Source: Nanobdellota archaeon (GTDB taxonomy: Archaea > Nanobdellota > Nanobdellia > Pacearchaeales > GW2011-AR1). From it: a stretch of DNA of 64,000 bases. Both the position numbers and the translations under genes were made by a program. The notes under the pieces are model-generated. The model had not been told where the DNA came from and searched no databases. It saw only the letters and a list, made by a program, of their open reading frames with translations. The stretch covers positions 277,993 through 341,992 of the forward strand of contig DAHWUG010000001.1 in assembly GCA_027334715.1 (NCBI GenBank). Direction: 5' to 3'. This document shows positions 49,005 to 59,481 of this stretch, one piece after another. How positions within the stretch are numbered: the first letter of the stretch is position 1; the number at the start of each line of letters is the position of its first letter.

Positions 49005-49127
49005 ATGAGTTATGATGGCTTGCATCTAGTCTGCGAAAAACATGAAATACCAACCATATACTGCACAATAACAAAGGAATGGGTTTGCACCGAATGCGAA
49101 ATGGAAAAAGGAAGCAAGTCCTGGTAA
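49005..49127 (+). CDS. small Cys-rich (zinc-ribbon-like) protein, 40 aa, not in ORF track
   Basis: MSYDGLHLVCEKHEIPTIYCTITKEWVCTECEMEKGSKSW; aaaggag 10 nt upstream. Confidence 0.25.
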   Translation: MSYDGLHLVCEKHEIPTIYCTITKEWVCTECEMEKGSKSW

Positions 49128-49151
49128 GCTCTAAAAAACAACAAAAATAAA

Positions 49152-50003
49152 ATGTGGAACCAAATTAAAACAGTGCTGCTGCTTGGAGTACTTACAGCTA
49201 TTTTATTATTAATAGGCGGGTTTTTCGGAAAAACAGGGCTTACTATTGCAATAATAATCGTTGTCCTTATGAACTCTGTAACATATTTTTTCTCTGACAA
49301 GATTGCCCTCATGATGTACAGGGCGAAACCAATTAAAAAAACACAGTATCCATGGCTTCATGAAATGGTGAAAGATATTGCAAAAAGAGCTGGAATACCT
49401 GGACCAAATGGAATTTACATAATACCAACAGAGCAGGCAAATGCTTTCTGTGCCGGAAGAGGACCAAAGCATTATGTTGTAGCATGCACAGAGGGAATAC
49501 TAAAAATACTTGACAAAGACGAGCTCAAAGGAGTTCTTTCCCATGAATTAAGCCATGCAAAGAACAGGGATGTTCTTGTTGCAACAGTTGCGGCAACAAT
49601 TGCAGGAGTTATTTCATATCTTGCGCAAATGGCCCAGTTCGCAGCAATATTTGGAGGAATGGGAAACAATAATAACAATAACTCAGGAGGAATGATTGAA
49701 ATTCTTGTTCTGGCAATTCTTACACCGATAATTGCAGTTATAATACAACTTTCAATATCAAGAAGCAGGGAATACATGGCAGATGAATCAGGAGCGAAAC
49801 TGCTGAAAGACGGAAAGCCATTGGCAACAGCCCTTGAAAAAATAGACAGCTCTGTAAAGAACACTCCGATGAAATTCGGAAACAAGGCAGCAAACAGCCT
49901 GTTCATTGAGAACCCATTTAAAGGAAGCTCTTTAACAAACCTTTTTTCAACGCACCCCCCTTCAGCAGAGAGAATAAAAAAGCTAAGGGAAATGAAATTT
50001 TAG
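49152..50003 (+). CDS. htpX: M48 zinc metalloprotease HtpX
   Basis: HELSHAKNRD (HExxH) plus downstream EYMADE; 4 TM. Confidence 0.85.
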   Translation: MWNQIKTVLLLGVLTAILLLIGGFFGKTGLTIAIIIVVLMNSVTYFFSDKIALMMYRAKPIKKTQYPWLHEMVKDIAKRAGIPGPNGIYIIPTEQANAFCAGRGPKHYVVACTEGILKILDKDELKGVLSHELSHAKNRDVLVATVAATIAGVISYLAQMAQFAAIFGGMGNNNNNNSGGMIEILVLAILTPIIAVIIQLSISRSREYMADESGAKLLKDGKPLATALEKIDSSVKNTPMKFGNKAANSLFIENPFKGSSLTNLFSTHPPSAERIKKLREMKF

Positions 50004-50151
50004 ACTCTCGTTTATCCAGTTTATGGTATGGCTTAAGGGATCTTAAAAGAGAAATAAGAAAATCAACCTAACTATATTATTTTTAATTAGGTTTCGGCGT
50101 GGATAGAATTTTTAAAGAAACATTTTTCAATATATAACCTATTCAATTGAC

Positions 50152-50457
50152 ATGGAAATAAAAGAAGTTAAAGAATTCCTTGAGAGCCTTACACAGTATA
50201 ATATCAGTTTCGACCCACATTTTTACAAAAGGGCCGGAGAGAGGCCAGTAAATGAAAGCATGGTCAGAAATTTTTTATCCAGAATAGATAAGTTGGAGAA
50301 AATTGAAATAGGGAATAATGACAGATTTAAATTGTGGTTTAGAATGAGTAGAAAATATTCATTAGTTTTAATAATTGAAATCAGCATCCAAAAACATTTA
50401 AAAGTAATAAGTGCTTGGAATACCAATAAGAAATGGCAAAACCAATTAAGACGATAG
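50152..50457 (+). CDS. DUF4258-like protein (putative toxin component)
   Basis: HFYKRAGERPVNESMVRNFL pattern; paired with DUF2283. Confidence 0.4.
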   Translation: MEIKEVKEFLESLTQYNISFDPHFYKRAGERPVNESMVRNFLSRIDKLEKIEIGNNDRFKLWFRMSRKYSLVLIIEISIQKHLKVISAWNTNKKWQNQLRR

Positions 50458-50789
50458 ATTACGATCCTGAAAATGACATATTCTTCATTTCTAATGGAGA
50501 TAAGGTAAAAGCTTCTCTAGATATTGGAGATTTCGTCTTGGATGTTAATCATAATGATTTAGTTTGCGGAATAGAGATAATAGATGCAAGTGAGAATCTT
50601 GGAATTGCTAAGAGAGTACTAGAGGATATTAAAAATATAAAGATGTCTGTTAATTATAAGCCTAACCATGTTTATGTCCTTCTTATGATAGCTTTTAAGA
50701 AAGAGGATAAAGCAGTTAACGTTCCTATTCCATTAACTCTTGATTTGGGGCATAAGACCGATAAAACACAAGTTTTAGTGTACAATTAA
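50433..50789 (+). CDS. DUF2283-like protein (putative antitoxin component)
   Basis: IDYDPENDIFFISNGDKV...DLVCGIEIIDAS. Confidence 0.45.
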   Translation: MAKPIKTIDYDPENDIFFISNGDKVKASLDIGDFVLDVNHNDLVCGIEIIDASENLGIAKRVLEDIKNIKMSVNYKPNHVYVLLMIAFKKEDKAVNVPIPLTLDLGHKTDKTQVLVYN

Positions 50790-50846
50790 CTTTCAACTCC
50801 CAGCATGTGGATTGTTATTCATAAGATTTCAAGAATTTTAATAATC

Positions 50847-51356
50847 TCAAATAACTCCTATTTGGTTTCTATCTTCGTAAATTATCTTCCCAATTTTTCT
50901 TTTTGTATTAAAATTGTAAAGGATTTTATTTTTTTCATCATCTTTCCTGAAACATACTTTTTTAATAAGTTTTATTTTTTTAAAATCCAAAAATCTCTTA
51001 CTCACTTTAAATATAGTTTTTGCAGGATTTAACATTTCTCTATGAAATTTTAATAAAGTTTTCTCGTATTTTTCTTTCCCAAGTCTCTTAAAATAAAATT
51101 TTATTCCTTTCTTACTTTCTGGAGAGAAAAGCCAAGAACTGATTTTATTTTCTTTTTTAACCCATCTAGAATATTCTTTTGCCCATTCTTTTCCGAATCT
51201 TTTACCGGTTTCTTTATTAAGGAGTTCGTCCATCTTGACAAATATGCCTTTATTCCTATATAGATATCTGTAATAAATTTCTTTTTTCATATTATTATTA
51301 ATTGATTCAAACTTATAAATTAACCATTTAAAACTAAGTCTTTGTAAACCATACAA
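50847..51356 (-). CDS. hypothetical basic protein
   Basis: ORF track. Confidence 0.35.
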   Translation of the reverse strand: MYGLQRLSFKWLIYKFESINNNMKKEIYYRYLYRNKGIFVKMDELLNKETGKRFGKEWAKEYSRWVKKENKISSWLFSPESKKGIKFYFKRLGKEKYEKTLLKFHREMLNPAKTIFKVSKRFLDFKKIKLIKKVCFRKDDEKNKILYNFNTKRKIGKIIYEDRNQIGVI

Positions 51357-51447
51357 TAACGCTCAAACTAGGCGTGGGCGATTTCGTTTAAAAGTATTAA
51401 ATGAAAATCACAATAATCTTTAAAAAGAGTTAAAAATAAGTATTTTT

Positions 51448-51747
51448 ATGACAGCGTTTTTGGATTTAGAACGAGAGATATCAAGGGTGATTCCTGCTGA
51501 ATCTTTTGCAAATAGAGTTGCATGGGCTCTTGCAAAAGCAGTTAAAGAAAGACATGGAAATTTGGGAGATAGGCTGCTTGTAAATTATAAAGATTCTTCT
51601 TTTGATTTGTTAGAAAGATTAGGAATGACTGCTGGCGGGAGATATATAACTGACAATAAAGTTAGTGATTATTATACGCTAAATCAAAAAGCAATTGATA
51701 CTCATATAGCTCTTTGCCAAGAAGGATTTTACGGATTTGACCATTAA
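51448..51747 (+). CDS. hypothetical protein
   Basis: ORF track. Confidence 0.3.
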   Translation: MTAFLDLEREISRVIPAESFANRVAWALAKAVKERHGNLGDRLLVNYKDSSFDLLERLGMTAGGRYITDNKVSDYYTLNQKAIDTHIALCQEGFYGFDH

Positions 51748-51845
51748 AGAATTGTTTGATGCAGCTCTTCCAATTATAACTACTTTTTAGGCAATTTCGC
51801 AAGTTTTTTAATATCTGGTTTTTTATGCTTTAAAGAAAAGAGAGG

Positions 51846-54233
51846 ATGATAAACACCCAAAATTATAAAGGCCTGACAAATTCTGAGGCAGAAGAAAAGA
51901 CAAAGCAATTTGGACTGAACGAGATACCTGAAAAGAAAGCAGGGTTTTTCAATAAAGCCGGAAAATGGCTTATTTCCCCGATAAGTCTTATGCTCATAGC
52001 TGCTTCTGTATTGTCATTCATAGGAAACAAAACATTCGACGGGTATTTCATAATTTTCCTTCTTTTCCTTAATTTTGGTGTTAGTTTCTGGCAAGAAAGC
52101 AAGGCTGACAGGGCTGTGGAAGATCTGAAAGAAAAGTTAAGAATAAGCATAAACGTGCTTAGAAATGGAAAATGGATTTACCTTGATTCAAAATATCTTG
52201 TTCCAGGAGATATTGTAAGACTGAATATAGGGGATATAATACCTGCAGATGCGCAGATTATCAGCACAAATAATCTTTCTGTCAATGAGTCTGTGATAAC
52301 AGGGGAATCACTGCCAAAAGACAAGAAAGAAAAAGATTATGTTTATTCCGGATCATATATCTCTTCCGGAATGTGTACTGCAAAGATAACATCAACAGGA
52401 AAAAACACATCATTTGGAAAGACCCTAATATCAATTGAGACAAACAAAAAAACAAGCATTCTTGAGGCAGACATACTAAGAATTGCAAAATACCTTTCAC
52501 TTATATCAATAGGGGTTGCATTAATCCTTACTGCTGTTTTCCTTATAGGGCATCAATCCCTTAATGAGCTTCTTGTCCTTGATTTAAGCCTTCTTATTGC
52601 TGGCGTGCCTATAAGTTTGCCTACTGTCATGACGCTTATAATAAGTATAGGAGTTGTTTCCCTATCCAAAAAAGATGTAATTGTAAGAAGGCTTTCAAGC
52701 CTTGAGGACTTTTCAAATGTAGATCTTCTTCTTACAGACAAAACAGGAACCCTGACAAAAAACCAGATTAATGTAGAGAAGGTAATATCCTACAACAAAT
52801 TTAAGGAACAGGATGTAAGAAAATACAGCTTTTATGCAATACAGGGAAATGAAAAAAATCCGCTTGATCTTGCAATAATTAACAATTCAAAAGCAAGGGG
52901 AATTGGGGGAAAGCCCGCTTTCATTGGTTTTATCCCATTCGATTCATCAAGAAAAAGGAGCACTGCAACAATAAATGACAATGGAAGAATTGTTACATTA
53001 AGTCTCGGAGCCCCTCAAGTTATAGAAGAATACTGCTCTTTTAAGAAGGGAGAAAAAAAAGAATTTGAAAAGGATTTCACAGATGCAGGAAAGAAGGGAT
53101 ACAGATCTCTTGCAATTGCAATGGCAAATGGAAGCAGCGAAAAAAACCTGAAACTTGTCGGAATGATTCTTCTTTCAGATACTCCCTATTCTGATATAAA
53201 GGATTCAATAAAATTCATGGAAGAAAATGGAATTAGCGTAAAGATGCTGACAGGAGACAGTGATGCAATCGCAAAAAGGGTTGCAAAAGACATGGGATTT
53301 AAGGGGAAAATCGTGAGCAAGGATTATTTTGAAAATGGAACAAGAAGCATGAAAGCAGGATGGATTAATTCTGTTGCAGGATTTTCAGAGATACTTCCAA
53401 ACGACAAAATGGAAATAGTGCAAACCAGCCAGAAGGAAGGAAATGTTGTTGCTGTGACAGGTGATGGGGTGAATGACCTTCCTGCAATACACTATGCAGA
53501 TGTTGGAATAGCTGTGAATGGAAGCGTTGATGCATTAAAAAGTTCTGCAGACATTGTTCTCCTGAAAAATGGGCTTTCTGTAATAAAAGATGCAATAATA
53601 GAAGCAAGGAAAATATTCAGCAAGCTTTACACATATTCAATATACAGGGTATCTGAAAGCTTCAGGCTAATAATGTCTATAGGCGTTTTAGGTATAGCCT
53701 ATGGTTTGTTCCCTTTGACTGCAATACAGATAATACTTCTTGCATTGCTGAATGACCTTCCCACCATAAGCCTTGCATATGACAGGGTAAAGCTAGCCAA
53801 CAAGCCCGCAAGCATAAATGTAAGGAAGAGATTTTTTATATCGACTATTTTTGGACTGGTAGGATTGTTCAATTCAATTTTGTTCTTCATACTTGCAGAC
53901 AAGGTTTTTCATGTGCCATTTGCAATGATAGAAACCCTGTTTTTCCTTAAACTTGCAGTAGGCGGACATATGCTTATCTATGTGGCCCATACAAAAGATA
54001 GATGGTACAAATTCCTTCCATCAAAGCAGGTTATTACAGCAACACTAACAATACAGGCAATAGGGACAATACTTGCACTAACAGGCACTTTCATGAACAA
54101 AATACCATTAAGCTATGCTTTGATAGTCTGGGCATGGGCATTTTTCTGGATGCAGGTTACAGAAGTAACAAAGCATTTTTCGCAAGTACAGGGTCAGGCA
54201 GGCCAGAAAAAAGATGAAGACAGGGATTTGTAA
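51846..54233 (+). CDS. cation-transporting P-type ATPase, P3A/plasma-membrane H+-ATPase-like
   Basis: ITGESLP, DKTGTLT, TGDGVNDLPAI; 795 aa; about 10 TM. Confidence 0.85.
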   Translation: MINTQNYKGLTNSEAEEKTKQFGLNEIPEKKAGFFNKAGKWLISPISLMLIAASVLSFIGNKTFDGYFIIFLLFLNFGVSFWQESKADRAVEDLKEKLRISINVLRNGKWIYLDSKYLVPGDIVRLNIGDIIPADAQIISTNNLSVNESVITGESLPKDKKEKDYVYSGSYISSGMCTAKITSTGKNTSFGKTLISIETNKKTSILEADILRIAKYLSLISIGVALILTAVFLIGHQSLNELLVLDLSLLIAGVPISLPTVMTLIISIGVVSLSKKDVIVRRLSSLEDFSNVDLLLTDKTGTLTKNQINVEKVISYNKFKEQDVRKYSFYAIQGNEKNPLDLAIINNSKARGIGGKPAFIGFIPFDSSRKRSTATINDNGRIVTLSLGAPQVIEEYCSFKKGEKKEFEKDFTDAGKKGYRSLAIAMANGSSEKNLKLVGMILLSDTPYSDIKDSIKFMEENGISVKMLTGDSDAIAKRVAKDMGFKGKIVSKDYFENGTRSMKAGWINSVAGFSEILPNDKMEIVQTSQKEGNVVAVTGDGVNDLPAIHYADVGIAVNGSVDALKSSADIVLLKNGLSVIKDAIIEARKIFSKLYTYSIYRVSESFRLIMSIGVLGIAYGLFPLTAIQIILLALLNDLPTISLAYDRVKLANKPASINVRKRFFISTIFGLVGLFNSILFFILADKVFHVPFAMIETLFFLKLAVGGHMLIYVAHTKDRWYKFLPSKQVITATLTIQAIGTILALTGTFMNKIPLSYALIVWAWAFFWMQVTEVTKHFSQVQGQAGQKKDEDRDL

Positions 54234-54272
54234 AAAATAAAAGTTTTTAAAGTTATAAAACGCTGGAAAATT

Positions 54273-55781
54273 GTGAAAATGAACAACTCCAAGTCTTTTT
54301 TGGCTGGAGAGGTGATTGCATCTGCATTAATTATCTTAGCATTTGTTCCTTTGATTAATGCGTCTGCAATAGGAACTTTTCCCGGATTTTTTTGGGACAA
54401 TGTAACAAATTTAACAATTACAGTAAGTCAGAACAGCTCGCAAGCAAGTTTTAACTTAAACACAATAGGTACTCCTTTTGATAACCAGATAGTTGTGTTT
54501 AGCGGAACAATAGGCTCTGGCGGTTACACTGTCGGAGATATTACTCAAAGCTTTAGCTTGTCTGGAATCCTAAACTCAGTTGATGGTAATGTCAGCATTG
54601 CAAAGGGAAACAGCATACCAAAATTCATCAGCCTTAACCTTCATCCACAATCTCCTTGGGATTTTTACCTGCCATTGGCATTGTCTTCTTACAATATGAA
54701 TGTCAGCCAAATAAATAATGATTGCCTGACTAATGGTTGCTCAATATTCAACAATTATCTTGTTAACCATAATATAACCATACCTTCTGATGCAAACATA
54801 AATTTCACAAAGTCAGGAACAAGCTATGCAATTTCATCAGACAGCGGCTACGGGAATGCCAGCACATACAGGAACAATATAACACACATAATAACTGATT
54901 CAGTTATGCAGATGAATATTTCCACTATTATCTCAGACATCCTGCCCATGATAACTAATAACTTGACATATCTTAACTATAGTGTTTCACAGCCACTTCT
55001 CAACTCCCTTAATATTGAGTATTATTTAAATTCAGTTGATTTGTCTAATGTGCAACTTAAAAATGGAAGTTATGTAGTCCCTATAACAATCAGCAATGGC
55101 ACATTAAGCTATCAAAAAAATGTTTATCTGAAAATTGAAGGAGTTCAAAATGCTCTGAATGTAACTCTGGACACAACTCCTCCTGTAATTAACATAACAT
55201 CTCCGCAGAATTCTGAAAATTATACAAACCAAATAACAGAGATAAATTACACTGCAACAGATGACAATCTTGAATCCTGCTGGTATAGCCTAAACCAAGG
55301 AGTTACTAATACAACAACCGCATGCAATACAATTATTACAGGCATTTCTTCTTTTAATGGAGAAAATACATGGACAGTATATGCGAATGACACTGCAGGA
55401 AATCAGGCAAGTGAAAGCGTAACTTTTTTCTTTGCTGAAAACTCAACAAACAGCACAAAAGATAATTCTACTGGCGGAAATAATGGCGGAGGAGGAACAG
55501 GAACAGGTGGTGGCGGAGGAACAGGCGGAGGTTCTGGCAGCAGGCATAGCAGCAGAACAGCATACATTGCTTCGCCGATAAATAATCCATCACAAGCATA
55601 CAACTCAGGCTCTAGCACAGGAAAAAGTACAATAACTGCGCTTACGGCAGCACCCCTAAATTCAAATGGCAACTATTCCGACTTCGCAGGTATATTTGTC
55701 ATTATAAGTTTGTTCACAGGATTAGGAATTTTTTTAGCAATAGTAACATTTTCATCAAGGCGTAAAAAAGTAAGATTATAA
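54273..55781 (+). CDS. cell-surface (S-layer/hami-like) glycoprotein with signal peptide, many N-x-S/T sequons, Gly/Thr linker and C-terminal TM plus basic tail
   Basis: Signal peptide ...VPLINASA; GGNNGGGGTGTGGGGGTGGGSG linker; C-terminal GIFVIISLFTGLGIFLAIVTFSSRRKKVRL. Confidence 0.55.
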   Translation: MKMNNSKSFLAGEVIASALIILAFVPLINASAIGTFPGFFWDNVTNLTITVSQNSSQASFNLNTIGTPFDNQIVVFSGTIGSGGYTVGDITQSFSLSGILNSVDGNVSIAKGNSIPKFISLNLHPQSPWDFYLPLALSSYNMNVSQINNDCLTNGCSIFNNYLVNHNITIPSDANINFTKSGTSYAISSDSGYGNASTYRNNITHIITDSVMQMNISTIISDILPMITNNLTYLNYSVSQPLLNSLNIEYYLNSVDLSNVQLKNGSYVVPITISNGTLSYQKNVYLKIEGVQNALNVTLDTTPPVINITSPQNSENYTNQITEINYTATDDNLESCWYSLNQGVTNTTTACNTIITGISSFNGENTWTVYANDTAGNQASESVTFFFAENSTNSTKDNSTGGNNGGGGTGTGGGGGTGGGSGSRHSSRTAYIASPINNPSQAYNSGSSTGKSTITALTAAPLNSNGNYSDFAGIFVIISLFTGLGIFLAIVTFSSRRKKVRL

Positions 55782-55788
55782 TCTGCAA

Positions 55789-56466
55789 ATGAAAAATACA
55801 AATCATGCAAATAAATATCTGGAAAATTTATCCGAGAAGTTAGGAAGAAAAGTTTTAAGAGCTACAGGCCTATGTGCTATTCTTGTCTCAGCTTTTACAT
55901 CTTGCAAGGATGTTCCGTTCATGCCAAGATGGGATATAGACACTTACATGCCTTTAGGGACAAGCGCAGTATATTTGAATGATTTCTTTACTTTTGGATT
56001 AATTCCATCCGGAATTTCAGCAAAAATCAGCTCTGTGCCAAAAAAATATGAGATGTACGGGGCGCTCAGAGATGCACTAAGAAGCATAGAAACAGATTCT
56101 GCAAGAGCAAGAACTGTGCTTACGCTCAGTTTTGCAAAAAGAACACCTATATACACAACTGACACATTATTCATTTCTTCTGATTCCAGCGGGCTTAATA
56201 ATTATGGAAAAGGGAATATAATTTTTCCAATCAGCCTTGAGACAACAGATACTCTAAAGACAGATTCAATCATTTTGCCGCAAGAATCAATTAATATGCT
56301 GCAGAATGCAGCAGGCATGGGAAATCCGTTATGGATTCAGACAAGAGGTTATGTCAGCAACCAATCAAGCAGTTCTATAAAAATTACATCTGCAGATTCT
56401 ATGAATGTAAATCTTGATGTTACAGCAAGAATTTTTGTTTCACAGAGCAGGGAAGGACAACAATGA
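55789..56466 (+). CDS. membrane-anchored or lipoprotein-like protein (lipobox-like AFTSC)
   Basis: LCAILVSAFTSCKD; 4-nt overlap with the downstream beta-barrel gene. Confidence 0.35.
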   Translation: MKNTNHANKYLENLSEKLGRKVLRATGLCAILVSAFTSCKDVPFMPRWDIDTYMPLGTSAVYLNDFFTFGLIPSGISAKISSVPKKYEMYGALRDALRSIETDSARARTVLTLSFAKRTPIYTTDTLFISSDSSGLNNYGKGNIIFPISLETTDTLKTDSIILPQESINMLQNAAGMGNPLWIQTRGYVSNQSSSSIKITSADSMNVNLDVTARIFVSQSREGQQ

Positions 56467-57806
56467 AAAAAATAATTCTGGGACTGGCAAGCCTTTTAAT
56501 GCCTGCGATGCTCAAAGCGCAGCTTCCAAATCCTTCTACCAGAGCGCTTGGTATGGGTGAAGCATATACTTCAATGGCTAGAGGTTATGAATCAGTTTTC
56601 TGGAACCCCGCTATGCTGGCAACTGAAGGAAATCCTGATTTCAGCATAAGCCTTCCGCATGCAGATCTGGAATTTGACAGCAATATTTACAGTTTTTCTG
56701 ATTTCAGAAGATATGCCAATCATTATCTGAGCTCTGCAGACAAGCAGACATTGATGAATAAATTAGCGCCAGATTCATCCCTTACAGTTAGCACAAAATT
56801 TAATGCGTCACTATTTGGCTTTTCAGCGGGTAATTTTGCTTTTGAAATAGGCACATCAGGGCAAGGAGATTTATCAGTAAACAGCGACGCAATGCAGCTT
56901 TTATTGTATGGAAATGCTGGACAGACAGGTCCTGGCCAATTTTTTACTGCAAATGGATCAAAAGGGCATGCATGGGCTGCGACAACTGCTGCTGCAAGTT
57001 TTGCATTACCATTTTATCTACAGAAAAATGTATTGTCTGTAGGAATTACAGGGAAATACACTATAGGGCATTTCATTGGTTCTGCAGAAGATTTAGGTTC
57101 AAGAATAAATGCAAATCCTTCATTTTCCGCGACAGAAGAAGCGCAGACGGTTTATACAAGTTATGGGGGCAACTGCACGAGCATTAATTTTTTAAAAGGC
57201 GGAAACTGCGGCGGGAAAGCAGGGGCAGGAATTGGCGCAGATTTGGGGGCAGTGCTTCAGATGCCAGATAAAGAAGTGACTATATCTGCTGTTATTGTCA
57301 ATGCTATTAACAGCATGAGATGGGACAAAAACCGGCTCATTTATGAAAGAACAGACTGCGAAACAGCCAGGAATTCATCAGGAGATTTTGTTAAAACATG
57401 CACTGATTCAACAAAACTCACAACACAATCAGCAATTAATGCAGACAGTCAAGCACGCGATTTCCAAAGCTATCTGATGGAAAATTCCGGCTTCTCCAGG
57501 CTTATACGGCTTGGATTTGCAGTCAAAAAAGGGAATCTATCAATAGGCAATGCTATGCAGTTAAGGTTATCCAATGGTCTTGATGAGCAGCCTGCAGCAC
57601 TAATTTCAGCAGGATTGGAATACAATATCCTTGGGTTTTTGCCAATAAGGGTCGGCTCTTCCTGGGATTTCAACAATAGAAAAACGATTTCAGTGGGTGC
57701 AGGCCTGCAGGTGAAAGGCGTTAGTATAGACGCTGCAATAGAAAGCATTTCAGAGTCAGATTATTCAGGAATTAAATTAGGCGTTGGAGCAGGACTTATC
57801 TGGTAA
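56463..57806 (+). CDS. FadL/TodX-like outer-membrane beta-barrel protein (signal peptide, C-terminal aromatic beta-signal)
   Basis: Signal peptide MKKIILGLASLLMPAMLKAQ; N-terminal ALGMGEAYTSMARGYESVFWNPAMLA resembles the FadL start; alternating amphipathic strands; ends ...GIKLGVGAGLIW. Confidence 0.5.
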   Translation: MKKIILGLASLLMPAMLKAQLPNPSTRALGMGEAYTSMARGYESVFWNPAMLATEGNPDFSISLPHADLEFDSNIYSFSDFRRYANHYLSSADKQTLMNKLAPDSSLTVSTKFNASLFGFSAGNFAFEIGTSGQGDLSVNSDAMQLLLYGNAGQTGPGQFFTANGSKGHAWAATTAAASFALPFYLQKNVLSVGITGKYTIGHFIGSAEDLGSRINANPSFSATEEAQTVYTSYGGNCTSINFLKGGNCGGKAGAGIGADLGAVLQMPDKEVTISAVIVNAINSMRWDKNRLIYERTDCETARNSSGDFVKTCTDSTKLTTQSAINADSQARDFQSYLMENSGFSRLIRLGFAVKKGNLSIGNAMQLRLSNGLDEQPAALISAGLEYNILGFLPIRVGSSWDFNNRKTISVGAGLQVKGVSIDAAIESISESDYSGIKLGVGAGLIW

Positions 57807-57880
57807 TATAATGAAAACAAAAAAGCCATTTTATCACCGAATAGTTTATAAAGTAAGAGGGAGTTTTAAAAAGACAGAAA

Positions 57881-59437
57881 ATGAGCAACTCCAAATTACT
57901 TTTGATTGGAGGGGTGTTAATTATATTTGCCATCGTGGCAATTGTCCCTTTGATGAAAGCTTCTTCTATTAGTGATTTCATTAATGCCACAAACATAAGC
58001 ATTGAAATAACTCAAGATAATGTAACAGCAAATCTTTATCTAAATACGGCAGGCACATCTTTTGACCCGCAAAAATTAACCTCAAATGATATAAACATGG
58101 CTGATCTTGTCAACCAAATTGGATGTTCTAATTTCAATAACTTGAGTTTTGGTTGTAATAATATATCCAGTATTACTTTTAATATTTCTGATTTTTTAAA
58201 TGCGATAAATGGGACAGCTGAAATAGCAAACAACACAAATTTTATCAATTTAACTTATTTATCAGTTTCTTCTAATCTTATTAATTTAGAAGTAACTACT
58301 AATGTACCTGGACAGGAGGGAAATGTTAGCATTAATTTATCAGAAATATTACCAAATATAACGACTATTAATAGTGAGTTAGCAGCAAACAATCTTAGTG
58401 TAACTTCTGATAGAAATATTATTTTTACAAAATCTGGAAACAATTACACCATTTTCAGTGATGAAGGTTATGGAAGCATAGGTCAAAACAAAACCCATAT
58501 AAGCGATTTAATAAGCCAGGATATCGGAAACATAACTTTACATAATTTAATCAAAAATATAATTCCTACAACAACGAGCAAAACTTTGGATGACTTTTTT
58601 AATGGAGCAAATTTAAATTATTCAGTTACTTCAGTTAACCTTTCAAATGTCAATTTAGAAGATGGGAATTATAATGTTAATGTAAGCATAAGCGATGGAA
58701 CAAATACATATTACAAAATTATCTATTTAACTTTGTATGGAATACAGAACTCAGACAGCGGGACAGCAGATTCAAGCGGGGTTTATATCCCAGTAAATCC
58801 AAATGTTTATTATTATCTTGAGAATGTAACAGGTCTTAATAATGGAACAAATGTATCTGTATCCTTATTTGATGTTTTCCCAAGTCCTGCTCCTCCGTCC
58901 AACATGCTGAATGTCATAAAGTACATTAATTTCAGTGTTTATCCGGACAATAGCAGCAATTATACAATATATTTCAAAGTTCCAGTTGATAAAATCACAA
59001 ATCATTTAGATGTTTTCTTGTACCACCTCGTAAATGAACAATGGGTGCAATTATCAACAGAATATCTTAGCACAGATAATACTTTCGATTATTACCTAGC
59101 AACAACACCCAGCTTTTCAATGTTTATGATAATGGAGACAACTGCACCTGTTGCAACGGCATCAACAGGTGGCTCTGTATATGGCGGACGTTTAATTTTG
59201 CCTTCAACACAGGCCCCTGCAAATCCAGCCCCAACACCAATCAATGCAGCACCTGCACCTTCAACACCACCAAAGGGATTTTTTGCAACAATAACCGGTG
59301 CAATTATTGGAGCATTAGGCACACCGGAGGGAATTATAGCGACAATATTCATAGTATTGGTCATTGGAGCATTAATAGCTGTATTTATTATCCTTAGGGG
59401 TAAGGGCAAGCCAGAAAAGGGCAAGAAGAAAGAATAA
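57881..59437 (+). CDS. paralogous cell-surface glycoprotein with Pro/Thr linker and possible PGF-CTERM-like tail
   Basis: N-terminus homologous to 54273 protein; C-terminal APANPAPTPINAAPAPSTPPKGFFATITGAIIG...FIILRGKGKPEKGKKKE. Confidence 0.55.
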   Translation: MSNSKLLLIGGVLIIFAIVAIVPLMKASSISDFINATNISIEITQDNVTANLYLNTAGTSFDPQKLTSNDINMADLVNQIGCSNFNNLSFGCNNISSITFNISDFLNAINGTAEIANNTNFINLTYLSVSSNLINLEVTTNVPGQEGNVSINLSEILPNITTINSELAANNLSVTSDRNIIFTKSGNNYTIFSDEGYGSIGQNKTHISDLISQDIGNITLHNLIKNIIPTTTSKTLDDFFNGANLNYSVTSVNLSNVNLEDGNYNVNVSISDGTNTYYKIIYLTLYGIQNSDSGTADSSGVYIPVNPNVYYYLENVTGLNNGTNVSVSLFDVFPSPAPPSNMLNVIKYINFSVYPDNSSNYTIYFKVPVDKITNHLDVFLYHLVNEQWVQLSTEYLSTDNTFDYYLATTPSFSMFMIMETTAPVATASTGGSVYGGRLILPSTQAPANPAPTPINAAPAPSTPPKGFFATITGAIIGALGTPEGIIATIFIVLVIGALIAVFIILRGKGKPEKGKKKE

Positions 59438-59481
59438 ATCATCACAATAATTCTTAAAAAGAAGATTATTTTTCTGTTTTA

